A stretch of DNA of 64,000 bases from NCBI GenBank assembly GCA_951406725.2, contig OX597815.1, positions 122,512,001 to 122,576,000 on the forward strand. Reading direction: 5' to 3'. A program made the position numbers and the translations under genes. Within the stretch, counting starts at the first letter, position 1, and each line of letters opens with the position of its first letter. Positions 1 through 14,100 of this stretch are shown here, in pieces. Under the pieces are notes generated by a model. It ran no database searches. It had not been told where the DNA came from and saw only the letters and a list, made by a program, of their open reading frames with translations. Origin of the DNA: Octopus vulgaris. Its lineage: Eukaryota.

Positions 1-776
1 CTCAGATACATCTGTAAGTTGAATTTCAGAAACAGGTTTCACTCCTTCTTCTGGTTGTTTTTCCTTCATTACAGCAGTAGAAATTGCTGTAATATCAGTA
101 ATTTCTGGTTTCTTCTCTTTAATTTCCATTTCTTTAGCTTCGATCTGAATTGTACTGTCTGGCACAATGTCAAATGTAGACATTTCTGGAATAACTTCAG
201 TTTCTTCTTTGCTAATGATAATTTCTCTCTTATCGGTAGATACCTGATCTTTTTCTATAGAAATAACCTCAGGTACTTGAGGTGCAACTTGTACTTCAAT
301 TTCACTGACTGGTTTCTCAGGTTTACCAATATCAATGGATATGACTTCTGTTTTCTCGACAGGTTTATCACTAATATCAAGTTGGATAGATACTTCTTCT
401 TTAGTTTCTGGCTTAATATCAACCTCCGTCTTTTCCTTAATTTTATCCTTCTTGTCTATTTTCTTATCAATAATTGTCTCAAATGATGTTGGTGCCGTTG
501 TTATTTGTTCTCTGTGAGAAATATATACCTCATCGGATGTGGCTATTTCTTTTTCAACATCTTTTTCCTTCATATCTTTTACTTCATCTGTTTTAGCTTT
601 TACTACATCTGAAGTTATTTGTACATTTATATCCATTTTAATGCTTTCAGGTGTTTCTAAAGATGGTAAACTTTCTTTTATTTCTGCAACTTCCTGCAGT
701 GCCATTTCTGGTATTTCTTTAATCTTTTCTTCTTCTTCGTCTGTCTTTGTTATTTCTCTAACAACTGGCATATCAC
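1..776 (-). CDS. Giant repeat exon C (5' part only; runs off the window edge) of a titin/PEVK-like E/K/I/T/V-rich protein
   Basis: Acceptor tttgatttacattAG|GTGATATGCCA (exon starts 776, phase 1). Frame is open to position 1: (G)DMPVVREITKTDEEEEKIKEIPEM...KTEVDIKPETKEEVSIQLDISDKPVEKTEVISIDIGKPEKPVSEIEVQVAPQ..., clearly paralogous to the other two giant exons. Absent from the ORF track because no stop lies in the window. Confidence 0.85.
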
Positions 777-2136
777 CTAATGTAAATCAAATAAGTTTTT
801 AAAAAATACATTCTCATATAATAATCAGAGTTTTATCTGATGGTTATTTATCTTCCCTTGATTTAAAGAAATATGAAATTTTGTTTACATCTAAATGAGA
901 GAAATAAAGAACAAATATTAATTTCATGTAATATAGAGAATATTACCTTGAAAGAGGAGTAATTTATGATGGTTAATAGTATTTAGACTTATTACAGGTT
1001 GAACTTGTGCAATACTCTGATGTAAATGAGGATCCTTTTTAATATAGGGCATATGTTTAGAAATTTATCTGAATGTTGTATGGATGAAACTTTCATTGAT
1101 CTTTGAATGACCATCTGGAAGCACATTTAAATATTTCTTGTATGCATCCGTATAGGATTTTAATATTAGCTGTTTCCAACATTTTTTAATTTTTACTTAC
1201 TCAGAGATTTCTGCTGACTTAATACTATGTATTTGTCTTTTTTTTCTTAACTTCAGATTCTAAGCTGTATGTAAAGTTGGTCTGATATGATATAAACTGT
1301 TGTTATTTAATAAATTCTTACAATGGTTGAATAGAATTCATGTAGAAAATGATGGATGAACATAAGGCAAGAATTTTATTGTTCTGCATGTCTATGCAAG
1401 AGATGCTTATACCAATTCATCAAATACAAATATTTTCCAAAGAGATGGAAAACAATCTTTGAATAAATTTCCATCAAAAGAAAATTATTGGTTGTAGTTT
1501 TGTTGTTCTCCAAAATCAATCTTATTGCCACATACTTTTTTTTTATCTTCTATTCAACATGATTTTCCATACATCAGTGTGCGTGTGTGTAATTGTGTGA
1601 GCGTGTGTATTGTATATGTATACATGGGTCTGCACATAAGCACCTATTATTCTTTTATACAGAATGCATATATTTTTCCCATGAATTCATGCACGAATGC
1701 AATAAAAGCATTCAGGAATGATGGGTTTTTTCTCACTTGAACAAGTAAAGTGTAAAAACAATGCTCAGTTATCTAATTGGTAAAATTACCAAAGGTTTCT
1801 TATTTGCATTATTTTTTTAAAAACATCTTTAAATATATCTCAGTATGATTGATATAAAAGTTAATGTCCAAGGGTTAAAAATATAAAACTATGTTTTAAA
1901 TTAAGTATTGATTTTAAATTAATTTTTATAGCCTTGTTTAAAAATCAGAAATATGTTCTCCAACTTTCAGAAATATTCTTCTTAAATTTCTCCTGACAAA
2001 ATGTATGAAAACTGATCAATATATTTAATAAATAAGTAACAAAAAAGATAACTGAATATCTGAAATTAAGATTGATTAGCAGGATAAAACAATTTGGAGG
2101 TAAAATTAAATTTCCTATCTGCCTATCATAAAACAT

Positions 2137-2210
2137 TTTAATTCTTGAAAATAGAAATTATAGGATTACATACCTGGGGTGTAGAAAATTAAATCATAAC
2201 TTTGGTAAAT
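2137..2210 (-). promoter_or_regulatory. Conserved AG|GT (recursive-type) splice block, site 2 of module C
   Basis: Minus strand tgatttaattttctacaccccAG|GTATGT (junction 2174/2173). A ~70-bp block nearly identical to 27897-27970 and 43824-43897. Confidence 0.6.
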
Positions 2211-2414
2211 CATTCATAATTTTAAAATTTAATACCTACTTCCTCTGTTGAATAACTGTAACCTTTTATGTTCTTCTCACATAAGGATACACATTACCAT
2301 AAATGTTAACCATAACTGATATACAAGCTATGGTTCTGTAGTATTGTAAATGGTACATGTGGATTATAGAGATTGAATTTGGTATCTGGTAACAGAAATT
2401 CAATTCAAAAACGG

Positions 2415-2440
2415 GCAACTTACCTGAAATAAACAAAAAG
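2415..2440 (-). promoter_or_regulatory. Conserved AG|GT (recursive-type) splice site 1 of module C
   Basis: Minus strand ttttgtttatttcAG|GTAAGT (junction 2424/2423): a consensus acceptor directly followed by a consensus donor. Confidence 0.65.
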
Positions 2441-2735
2441 AGTTAAGTGAAAGAGACACATTATTAAAAGGAAACATATATATATTACATCTAACAAATT
2501 ATTCAACAATACAAGACAAACTATAACAGTAAATTCATTTTAAATATCTTAAAAATGTAAATTGCAACACAAAAAAAAAAACAGATTATAAATTTCTAAA
2601 AGAAGGGTAAATAATTGTTTAGTAAAAAAAATATTTATAATGACACAAAATGTAATAGTAACAGTAAAAAGTAGCCATTAAATATTCTGTAATCAAATGT
2701 GACATGAAGAATTCACCAAAACATAAGTTGGCTGT

Positions 2736-2769
<34 letters not shown>

Positions 2770-3236
2770 TTAAAGGAAATAGAGAAATACAATTGATGTA
2801 TTATAAATTTATTAACAAATTAATATAATATAATTATACTATAAATTGATATAATATAAAAATTAAATAAAATTAATATATAACCTACAATTTGTTTCGA
2901 TTCATATCCACATGTGAATTTATAAAAAAATCACATTTATGTATATGGACCTCGCCAGGATAATGTTTGTCTAAAAAATAGACAAAAATTTCATGCAAGG
3001 ACTGTTAAGTCATAAAATTTTTGTACATTTTTTAGACAGATATTACCTGATGAGATCCATATACATAAATTCACTAGCGGATATGAAACGAAACAGATTG
3101 TAAGATATATATTTGTTTTATTAATTTGTTATACTAAATCATATTACATTATATGTTTTCATAGTATAATTATATTATACTATAATGTTAATAAATTTAT
3201 AATATGCCAATTGTATTTTTCTATTTCTTTTAATAT
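2770..3236. mobile_element. ~470-bp imperfect palindromic element with a hammerhead-like core in each arm (probable Penelope-like inverted terminal-repeat remnant)
   Basis: Arms are reverse complements about a centre near 3000 (e.g. gaaatacaattg...ttataaatttattaaca vs tgttaataaatttataa...caattgtatttt). Plus arm has CTGATGA 3047-3053 ... GAAAC 3090-3094 ... GTA; minus arm has CTGGCGA ... GAAAC ... GTA. Abuts a (TA)n tract. Confidence 0.6.
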
Positions 3237-3380
3237 TTACTTTTTTTTAAATAATACCATTTTAAGTTCTGATTTTTCTCTCTACTTCTCTACTATATTG
3301 TGGTATTTAACTGAAGAACCAGAGAAAGTTGGATGTTTTCCATCCCTTTAAAAGAAATTGACTCTTCCTTGGATTATATA

Positions 3381-3425
<45 letters not shown>

Positions 3426-3430
3426 TATGT

Positions 3431-4104
<674 letters not shown>

Positions 4105-4352
4105 TATTAATATATCTTGTCTGTTGAAAGTCCATATTTTTTGCAACTGAAGATGGCACTGCATTTAAATTGATTTAATGCTTGTGTTGTTTGGTATAAA
4201 TGGACCCACCTGAAATGGTTGTATTGCATTAATACTTGACATCTTGTTACTTATTTAATTTTATTCACCTTACTTTGAGCTATGCAGATAATACCAGACT
4301 AAATTGGTACCTCAACTTAAGTACCCAATTCAACTGAATCTTAATTATTTCT

Positions 4353-4405
<53 letters not shown>

Positions 4406-4408
<3 letters not shown>

Positions 4409-4592
4409 GCACGTAAAAAGCACCCACTACACTCACGAAGTGGTTGGCGTTAGGAAAGGCATCCAGCCGTAGAAACACTGCCAGATTTGACTGGGCCTGA
4501 TGAAGCCTTCTGGCTTCACAGACCCCAGTAGAACCGTCCAACCCATGCTAGCATGGAAAACGGACGCTAAACGATGATGATGATGATGATGA
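4406..4592 (+). mobile_element. RTE-type LINE/SINE 3' end with (GAT)n tail
   Basis: aaaagcacccactacactc...gtggttggcgttaggaaaggcatccagccgtagaaac...ccaacccatgctagcatgg...(gat)n; related copies at ~45950-46080, 49660-49826 and 59658-59707. Confidence 0.7.
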
Positions 4593-7404
4593 TATATATA
4601 TATATATATACAATGTATTCATTAAAGATTTATTTGTTCTTCTAAATATTACACACTGAGAAACTATATAAATTCATTTGTTAAGATTAATTAAATATAG
4701 CTTCTATAAACAAAATTCTGGAAAAAAGTTTTAAATTTCATTAACTAAATCAAATACCAAATTCATATGTTTTTTTCTCTTTTTTTTTTTTCATCTAAAT
4801 ATGAATGGAGTTTCTGATTTACTTAGAGATTGAAATCAAAGAATGCAATCTTGGCAAAAACTAAGAATCTAAAGAAGTGACACCAATTAGGAAATCAGGA
4901 ATAGAAATACAATTACTGTCAAGCCCATCATATAATAAACAACGAAGCTCTTTTCAATGTTTGAAAATTATTTGTAAGCATTCAATATTCAAACATCATG
5001 TGTATTAAGATAATTACATCAAAAGAACTAGGTAGGTTTGTTTTTAAATATAAACAAAGTTTGCACTGAAGGTTGTAAAAGACAGTTTTCAACAATTACA
5101 ATCAATAATAAATATAAGAAAATAATTTTCATTTTAATTGAAAAAACAAGCAAGTCACAATACAGTATACATTAATTAATACATATGACAATTCTGTTGA
5201 CCAAGATAAACAATTATACATAAATCAATTGTTCTATATAGCAACTACATGTGCAGATACAACAAAACATTAGCCTGACATTTTTAACAAATTTACAGTT
5301 TCACTAATGAAGCTGTTAAATCTATATTGCAGAGCAAAATACAATTAACATTTTAAAAAAATATTCTATTCCATTATTTCACTTCCCCTTTTATCTCTTC
5401 AATAACTCAAAACTTTCAATGGCAAATGAAAATTGTAACAAATAACTAGAATCATCAATATAATAAGTAACCCCAAAATTGATGACAGATATGTTATCAT
5501 AATAGCTTGTGATTTCAAAGTTTTAATAGTGAAGCTTATGTATTGAAAGGACTAAGAAAAAATGGGTAGCAAAAGGAGGTATCAGAAATCTAGGTCAGAG
5601 ATAAGATGTCAATTTTATTTAACCAGCAAAGAATCTGAGAGTAGAATAATTCTCAATGAGAATAAGAGCTGTTCACTATTCTTAATTGCAAGACAATATT
5701 ATTATATGAACTTGACTGGTATTAGAAGTATGTTGAGAACAACACTCCTGCAATTTTCCAATTTTGTGAGTAGAAATGTAGCCTTAAAAGTATCATTACA
5801 AAAAGTTGCTAGATAAGGTAGTCCAGGAAGCTGTTAGGTATAATGACTGGCGAGGCCATTAAAAAGTGATACAAAAATGAAAGGGATGTATTGCATAACT
5901 GAGGGTATGAACAAGTGGATTTACAATATTTTGCAGTTAATGCAAGATATGATTAGCTTAGAAAAGTTGTAATTTTGATTTGAAGGTAGAAATGATCAGA
6001 AAATAGTATGAGGAGCTTTTAAAAGAAAGCAAATATTTCACTATGAATTTGTCAACTTGGGACCCAGCTATAACAACCTCCCATGCTTTAATTACTTGCA
6101 TGGACAGATGTGTAGCAGTAGATCAATAATCTGTGAGAGAAAAATAAAACCATGTACAAAGTTCTTGAAATCAATGTTAAGATCATCAGCAAGTTCAGTA
6201 AAGAATTCCGTGTGAAGATATTTACTTAGTCTCTGTCCTGGACTTCTTAGTATAATTCTTTGTAGTTAGTTGTAATTACTAAAATAATACTGATACTTTT
6301 CCCATTTGAATGTCATTGGAAATTTTTATTAGAAGACAACCTGGTTTTCATCCTATAATCTCTTAGGAAAGTGGAACCAGCTACAGTTCAAAATATTGTG
6401 ATATTCATAATGGCAAAAATACTAACAAGTAACTGAGAACAGAAAATTCTTGGACAACAAGGAAAGTAGTTTTGCTCAATTTGTAAGACAAGTGTAAATT
6501 AAAACTGAATTCTATGTTCTAGACAAAAGGGATGGAGAGATCTCAAGAAGACTGACAAGTAAGGTGTGCAAAACATCACAAAAATAAAACAAAATTTTCT
6601 AAGATAAACACTATATGAAACCTTTCACAAGAAATATAACAGTACATGTTTAAATTTCAGAAATGAGATTTTACAATAGTAATGTCTCATATATTATTTG
6701 TCATTATTTCTTTCTATGTTTATTTTTATAAGTTTCTCTGATTTTATATCATATCAAGAGATCTATTCCTTTATGTAAAAAAGGATAAAAAATTTGCCTT
6801 CAAAATGCAAGCACTAATTTTAAAACTAGATTGAGAAAAAATATTTTTCTGAGTCTATTCTGAGTAAAAGGAATACTAAGAAAACATCTGTTTATAAGGA
6901 CTCTTTGATAATAAGAAATAATAGGATTTTTACTTCACATTTTGAGTTATCCTTTTACATATATTGTTGTATATTCATACACACACACACACATTTAATT
7001 ATGAATTACAACATTACATAAACTATATATAAAAAAGTGAAATAACTGGTGAAATATTTCTTCTTATAATCCCCTTATTAAAAAGACAAAAACTGTATTG
7101 TGTGTGAATTAATACAAGCTTCCATACTGCAAGTGTATAATTTTACATTTGTGCAAAAATTGCAATTATTGTAGCCATGTTTTCATGCAAGTGAAACCTT
7201 ACACACTAACATGAAATAACGTATGATGCACAAATATTGGACCTATAAACAATCATATATGATAAAGAATTAGTTAGAAGTTACCAGTATTGATGAATGT
7301 ATTCAATACTAAATATCTTCAAATATATTCTAAGAGGAAAAAAGCAGATTTAGAATATTTACACCGTAATAAAGTACAGAGATTTCTACAGAAAAAAGTG
7401 AGAA

Positions 7405-7535
7405 AGGGAGATGATGAAGAAGGAGGGGGATGGGGGAAGAGGGGGAGAGGAGGAGGGAGAGGGGAGAGGAGGAGGGGAGAAGGGGAGGGGGAGGGAGAGG
7501 GAGGAGAGGGGGGAGGGGGAGGAGGAGGAGCAGCA
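7405..7535. repeat. Purine-rich (GGA/GAG) low-complexity tract
   Basis: ggaggggga...gaggagaggggggagggggaggaggaggag. Confidence 0.8.
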
Positions 7536-7962
7536 GGAGTTAATGAAAGAAAAAATGAAAATGGCAGAAAGGGAAAGGACACAAAAAGAAAGGTTGCAAA
7601 AATCAGTTTCAAAGCAAAAGAAAACTTAGAGAAAACATAGTAGAAATAATAAATGTAAGGAAAGAGGGAGAGACATGAAGAGACCAGAAAGAGAAAAATG
7701 TATGATAAAAAATGAAGGCATTGAGAGGAGGGAAAGATACAAAGGACAAAGAGAGAAAGGAAGAAGAGACAGACAGAGAATGAAGAGAGAGCATGATGGA
7801 GAAGAGTATCCAATCTTATATTACATAATATCATTTTAAACATGAAGGCAAAGCAACATGCATGACAATATAATATTAAGAAAGCATCTTCTGTTTAATA
7901 AAAACAATGTTAAACTCCTTGATTATCAGAAATTACAGAGACCTGACAAAACTATTGACAAA

Positions 7963-7970
7963 TTACTGAG
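7963..7970 (-). CDS. Putative terminal exon coding part (A-Q-stop) of module B
   Basis: Branch-like tacttaac, then tttgtttttatgtctctttcAG|CTCAGTAA. Joined to the phase-1 donor at 8152 it gives G|CT CAG TAA. Intron 7971-8151 is 181 nt. Conserved at 33022-33029. Confidence 0.6.
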
Positions 7971-8151
7971 CTGAAAGAGACATAAAAACAAATACACTGG
8001 TTAAGTACGTATAAAGACATCTTAATACAAAACTGAAGCATGCTACCAAGGCATTGGTAAGCTACATATATATATATGCTTCTGTATAGTCAAGCAGTAG
8101 CAGCAAGTGTAGAAGCATAAGTGAAATCCTGGATAATACTCCACAAAATAC

Positions 8152-11100
8152 CTATGTCTTCAACAACTTCTTTCAATGAGTGAAGGATTTCAGGACCAGG
8201 AAGGCTTTTTATATCTCCACTAAAAATATCTGGTACATGTGGAATTCTGGGAAATTCAAATGGCATTTCTTCTTTGACTTCGGATATGATAACTTCTTCA
8301 GAAGCTTTCTCATCAATATCCACTTCAGGCAGCAAATATTCCTCATCTGGAACATTTTCTTTCTTTTCAGGGGATGGCGTAGGTGCAATATAAGTAATTT
8401 TCGAATCTGTAACCTTCATCGTCAACGAAGGAGAGGTTTCAATTTCATTGCCAACTTCACCCACACTATCACTTTCATCTAGAGCAAGAGCTTCCTCGGT
8501 AGGAGATAATTTAGTAGAACTCAAAGGGATTTGTATCAGAGAATCTTCCACTGATTTCAGAGTTATGGAGTCTTGTAATGGCATTTCCAGTGATTCCACT
8601 GTAATTTCTTTCTGCACTTCTTCTTCACCTGTTGTATATGTCTGTTCAGTCTTTATAACCATTGGTACCTGATCTTCAGATGTGACGTTCTTAGAGTCAA
8701 TTGATAATACCATTTCCACAGGAATATCACTAATTTTCTCTGGAGAAATCTTGGTCTTCCGTTCCTCAGTGCTTGTAGTTATAATTGAAATAACTTTAGC
8801 AGTTTCAACTTTCTCTGGTATTACCGACTCAGATATATCTGTTAGTTGAATTTCAGAAACAGGTTTCACTTCTTCTGGTTGTTTTTCCTTCATTACAGCA
8901 GTAGAAATTGTTGTAATATCAGTAATTTGTGGTTTCTTCTCTTTAATTTCCATTTCTTTAGCTTCAATCTGAATTGTACTTTCAGGCTCAATATCAAATA
9001 TAGACATATGTGGAATAATTTCAGTTTCTTCTTTTCTAGTAATAATGTCATTCTTGTCATTAGTTATCTGATCTTCTTGAATAGAAACAACTTCAGATAC
9101 TTGAGATGTCACTAGCATTTCAATTTCACTTACTGTTTTCTCAGGTTTACCAATATCAATAGATTTAACATCAAGTCCCTCAACAGGCTTATCAGAAATC
9201 TCAAGTTGCATAGCCACTTCCTCTTTAGTTTCAGGTTTAATATCAAACTCTGTCTTTTCAATTTCAGTGACAACTTCTTCTGGTTTACCAATATCAATTC
9301 TGGTAATCTCTGTTGTCTCAACAGGTTTATCAGAAATCTCAAATTGGATAGCCACTTCCTCTTTAGTTTCAGGTTTAATATCAACCTCTGTCTTTTCAAT
9401 TTCAGTGACTACTTCATCTGGTTTACCAATATCGTTTCTGGTAATCTCTGTTTTCTCAACAGGATTATCAGAAATCTCAAATTGGATAGACACTTCCTCT
9501 TTAGTTTCAGGTTTAATATCAACCTCTGTCTTTTCAATTTCAGTGACTACTTCTTCTGATTTCCCAATATCAATTCTGGTAATCTCTGTTGTCTCAACAG
9601 GTTTATCAGAAATCTCATGTTGGATAGCCACTTCCTGTTTAGTTTCAGGTTTAATATCAAGATCTTTCTTCTCAAATTCAGGGACTACTTCTTCTGATTC
9701 ACCAATAACAATTCTGGTAATCTCTGTTTTCTCAACAGGTTTATCAGAAATCTCAAATTGGATAGCCACTTCCTCTTTAGTTTCAGGTTTAATATCGACC
9801 TCTGTCTTTTCGATTTCAGTGACTACTTCTTCTGGTTTACCAATATCGATTCTAGTAATCTCTGTATTCTCAACGGGTTTATCAGAAATCTCAAGTTGGA
9901 TAGCAACTTCCTCTTTAGTTTCAGGTTTAATATCAAACTCTGTCTTTTCAATTTCAGTCACTACTTCTTCTGGTTTACCAATATCAATTCTGGTAATCTC
10001 TGTTTTCTCAACAGATTTATCACAAATCTCAATTTCGATAGCAACTTCCTCTTTAGTTTCAGGTTTAATATCAACCTCTGTCTTTTCAATTTCAGTGACA
10101 ACTTCTTCTGGTTTACCAATATCAATTCTGGTAATCTCTGTTGTCTCAACAGGTTTATCAGAAATCTCAAATTGGATAGCCACTTCCTCTTTAGTTTCAG
10201 GTTTAATATCAAACTCTGTCTTTTCAATTTCAGTGACTACTTCTTCTGGTTTACCAATTTCGATTCTGGTAATCTCTGTTTTCTCAACAGGTTTATCAGA
10301 AATATCAAGTTGGATAGCCACTTCCTCTTTAGTTACAGGTTTAATATCAACGTCTGTCTTTTCAATTTCAGTGACTACTTCTTCTGGTTTACCAATATTA
10401 ATTCTGGTAATCTCTGTTTTCTCAACAGATTTATCAGAAATCTCGAATTGGATTGCCACTTCCTCTTTAGTTTCAGGTTTAATATCAACCTCTGTCTTTT
10501 CAATTTCAGTGACAACTTCTTCTGGTTTACCAATATCAATTCTGGTAAACTCTTTTGTCTCAACAGGTTTATCAGAAATCTCAAATTGGATAGCCACTTC
10601 CTCTTTAGTTTCAGGGTTAAGATCAACGACAGTCTTTTCAATTTCAGTGACTACTTCTTCTGGTTTACCAATATCAATTCTGGTAATCTCTATTTTCTCA
10701 ACAGGTTTATCACAAATCTCAAGTTCGATAGCCACTTCCTCTTTAGATTCTGGTTTAATATCAATATCTGTCTTTTCAATATCAGTAAGTACTTCTTCTG
10801 GTTTACCAATATCAATTCTGGTAATCTCCGTAGTCTCAACAGGTTTATCGGAAATCTGAAGTTGTATTGCCACTTCCTCTTTAGTTTCAGGTTTAATATC
10901 AACCTCTGTCTTTTCAATTTCAGTGACAACTTCTTCTTCTGGTTTACCAATATCAATTCTGGTAATCTCTGTTATCTCAACAGGTTTATCAGAAATCTCA
11001 AATTGGATAGCCACTTCCTCTTTAGTTTCAGGTTTAATATCAACCTCTGTCTTTTCAAATTCAGTGACTACTTCTGGTTTACCAATGTCAATTCTGGTAA

Positions 11101-14100
11101 TCTCTGTTTTCTCAACAGGTTTATCAGAAATCTCAAGTTGGACACCCACTTCCTCTTTAGTTTCAGGTTTAATATCAACCTCTGTCTTTTCAATTTCAGT
11201 GACTACTTCTTCAGGTTTACCAATATTGATACTGGTAATCTCTGTTTTCTCAACAGGTTTCTCAGAAATCTGAAGTTGGATAGCCACTTCCTCTTTAGTT
11301 TCAGGTTTAATATGAACCTCTGTCTTTTCAATTTCAGTCACTACTTCTTCTGGTTTAACAATATCGATTCTGGTAATCTCTGTTTTCTCAACAGGTTTAT
11401 CAGAAATATCAAGTTGGATAGCCACTTCCTCTTTAGTTTCAGGTTTAATATCAACCTCTGTCTTTTCAATTTCAGTGACTACTTCTGGTTTACCAATTTC
11501 AATTCTGGGAATGTCTGTTTTCTCAACAGGTTTATCAGAAATATCAAGTTGGATAGCCACTTCCTCTTTAGTTTCAGGTTTAATATCAACCTCTGTCTTT
11601 TCAATTTCAGTGACTACTTCTTCTGGTTTACCAATGCCAATTCTGGTAATCTCTGTTTTCTCAACAGGTTTATCAGAAATCTCAAGTTGGAGAGCCACTT
11701 CCTCTTTAGTTTCAGGTTTAATATCAACCTCTGTCTTTTCAATTTCAATGACTATTTCTTCTGGTTTACCAATATCAATTCTGGTAATCTCTGTAGTCTC
11801 AACAGGTTTATCGGAAATCTGAAGTTGTATTGCCACTTCCTCTTTAGTTTCAGGTTTAATATCAACCTCTCTCTTTTCAATTTCAGTGACAACTTCTTCT
11901 GGTTTAACAATATCAATTCTGGTAATCTCTGTTGTATCAACAGATTTATCAGAAATCTCAAATTGGATTGCCACGCCTTCTTTAGTTTCAGGTTTAATAT
12001 CAACCTCTGTCTTTTCAATTTCAGTGACAACTTCTTCTGGTTTACCAATATCAATTCTGGTAATCTCTGTTATCTCAACAGGTTTATCAGAAATCTTAAA
12101 TTGGATAGCCACTTCCTCTTTAGTTTCAGGTTTAATATCAACCTCTGTCTTTTCAAATTCAGTGACTACTTCTTCTGGTTTACCAATGTCAATTCTGGTA
12201 ATCTCTGTTTTCTCAACAGATTTATCAGAAATCTCAAATTGGATTGCCACTTCCTCTTTAGTTTCAGGTTTAATATCAACCTCTGTCTTTTCAATTTCAG
12301 TGACTACTTCTTCTGGTTTACCAATATCAATTCTGGTAATCTCTGTTTTCTCAACAGGTTTATGAGAAATCTCAAGTTGGACAGCCACTTCCTCTTTAGT
12401 TTCAGGTTTAATATCAACCTCTGTCATTTCAATTTCAGTGACAATTTCTTCTGGATTACCAATATCAATTCTGGTAATCTCTGTTTTCTCAACAGGTTTA
12501 TCAGAAATCTCAAGTTGGATAGCCACATCCTCTTCAGTTTCAGGTTTAATATCAACCTCTGTCTTTTCAATTTCAGTGACTACTTCTTCTGCTTTACCGA
12601 TATCAATTCTGGTAATCTCTGTTTTCTCAACAGGTTTATCAGAAATCTCAAGTTGGATAGCCACTTCCTCTTTAGTTTCAGGTTTAATATCAAACTCTTT
12701 CTTTTCAATTTCAGTGACAACTTCTTCTGGTTTAACAATATCAATTCTGGTAATCTCTGTTGTCTCAACAGGTTTATCAGAAATCTTAAATTGGATAGCC
12801 ACTTCCTCTTTAGTTTCAGGTTTAATATCAACCTCTGTCTTTTCAATTTCAGTCACTACTTCTTCTGGTTTACCAATTCCAATTCTGGTAATCTCTGTTT
12901 TCTCAACAGGTTTATCAGAAATCTCAAATTGGATTGCCACTTCCTCTTTAATTTCAGGTTTAATATCAACCTCTGTCTTTTCAATTTCAGTGACTACTTC
13001 TTCTGGTTTACCAATATCGATACTGGTAATCTCTGTTTTCTCAACAGGTTTCTCAGAAATCACAAGTTGGATAGTCACTTCCTCTTTAGTTTCAGGTTTA
13101 ATATCAACCTCTGTCTTTTCAATTTCAGTGACTACTTCTTCTGGTTTCCCAATATCAATTCTGGTAATCTCTGTTTTCTCAACAGATTTATCAGAAATCT
13201 CAAATTGGATTGCCACTTCCTCTTTAGATTCAGGTTTAATATCAACCTCTGTCTTTTCAATTTCAGTCACTACTTCTTCTGGTTTACCAATATCGATACT
13301 GGTAATCTCTGTTTTCTCAACAGGTTCATCAGAAATATCAAGTTGGATAGCCACTTCCTCTTTAGTTTTAGGTTTAATACCAACCTCTGTCTTTTCAAAT
13401 TCAGTGACTACTTCTTCTGGTTTACCAATATCAATTCTGGTAATCTCTGTTTTCTCAACAGATTTATCAGAAATCTCAAATTGGATTGCCACTTCCTCTT
13501 TAGTTTCAGGTTTAATATCAACCTCTGTCTTTTCAATTTCAGTCACTACTTCTTTTGGTTTACCAATATCAATTCTGGTAATCTCTGTTTTCTCAACAGG
13601 TTTATCAGAAATCTCAAATTGGATAGCCACTTCCTCTTTAGTTTCAGGTTTAATATCAACCTCTGACTTTTCAATTTCAGTGATTACTTCTTCTGGTTTA
13701 CCAATATCGATTCTGGTAATCTCTGTTTTCTCAACAGGTTCATCAGAAATCTCAAGTTGGATAGCCACTTCCTCTTTAGTTTCAGGTTTAATATCAACCT
13801 CTGTCTTTTCAATTTCAGTGACTACTTCTTCTGGTTTACCAATATCAATTCTGGTAATCTCTGTTTTCTCAAAAGATTTATCAGAAATCTCAAATTGGAT
13901 AGCCACTTCCTCTTTAGTTTCAGGTTTAATATGAACCTCTGTCTTTTCAATTTCAGTGACTACTTCCTCTGGTTTACCAATGTCAATTCTGGTAATCTCT
14001 GTTTTCTCAACAGGTTTCTCAGAAATCCTAAGTTGGATAGCCACTTCCTCTTTAGTTTCAGGTTTAATATCAACCTCTGTCTTTTCAATTTCAGTGACTA

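Noticed and set aside
2174-2423. Small coding exon between the two AG|GT sites (also 27933-28174 and 43862-44061)
   Set aside because: Lengths 250/242/200 are not frame-consistent, stops are present, and there is no peptide conservation
5600-6250. Ancient LINE RT relic shared by both spacers (ELADD-like at ~6185; paralog 30130-30760)
   Set aside because: Paralogy is clear, but the RT motif is not retained in the second copy and motif spacing is unconvincing
7290-7843. G/E-rich and P/S-rich ORFs
   Set aside because: Low-complexity purine tract; not conserved in the paralogous region near 32650-32880
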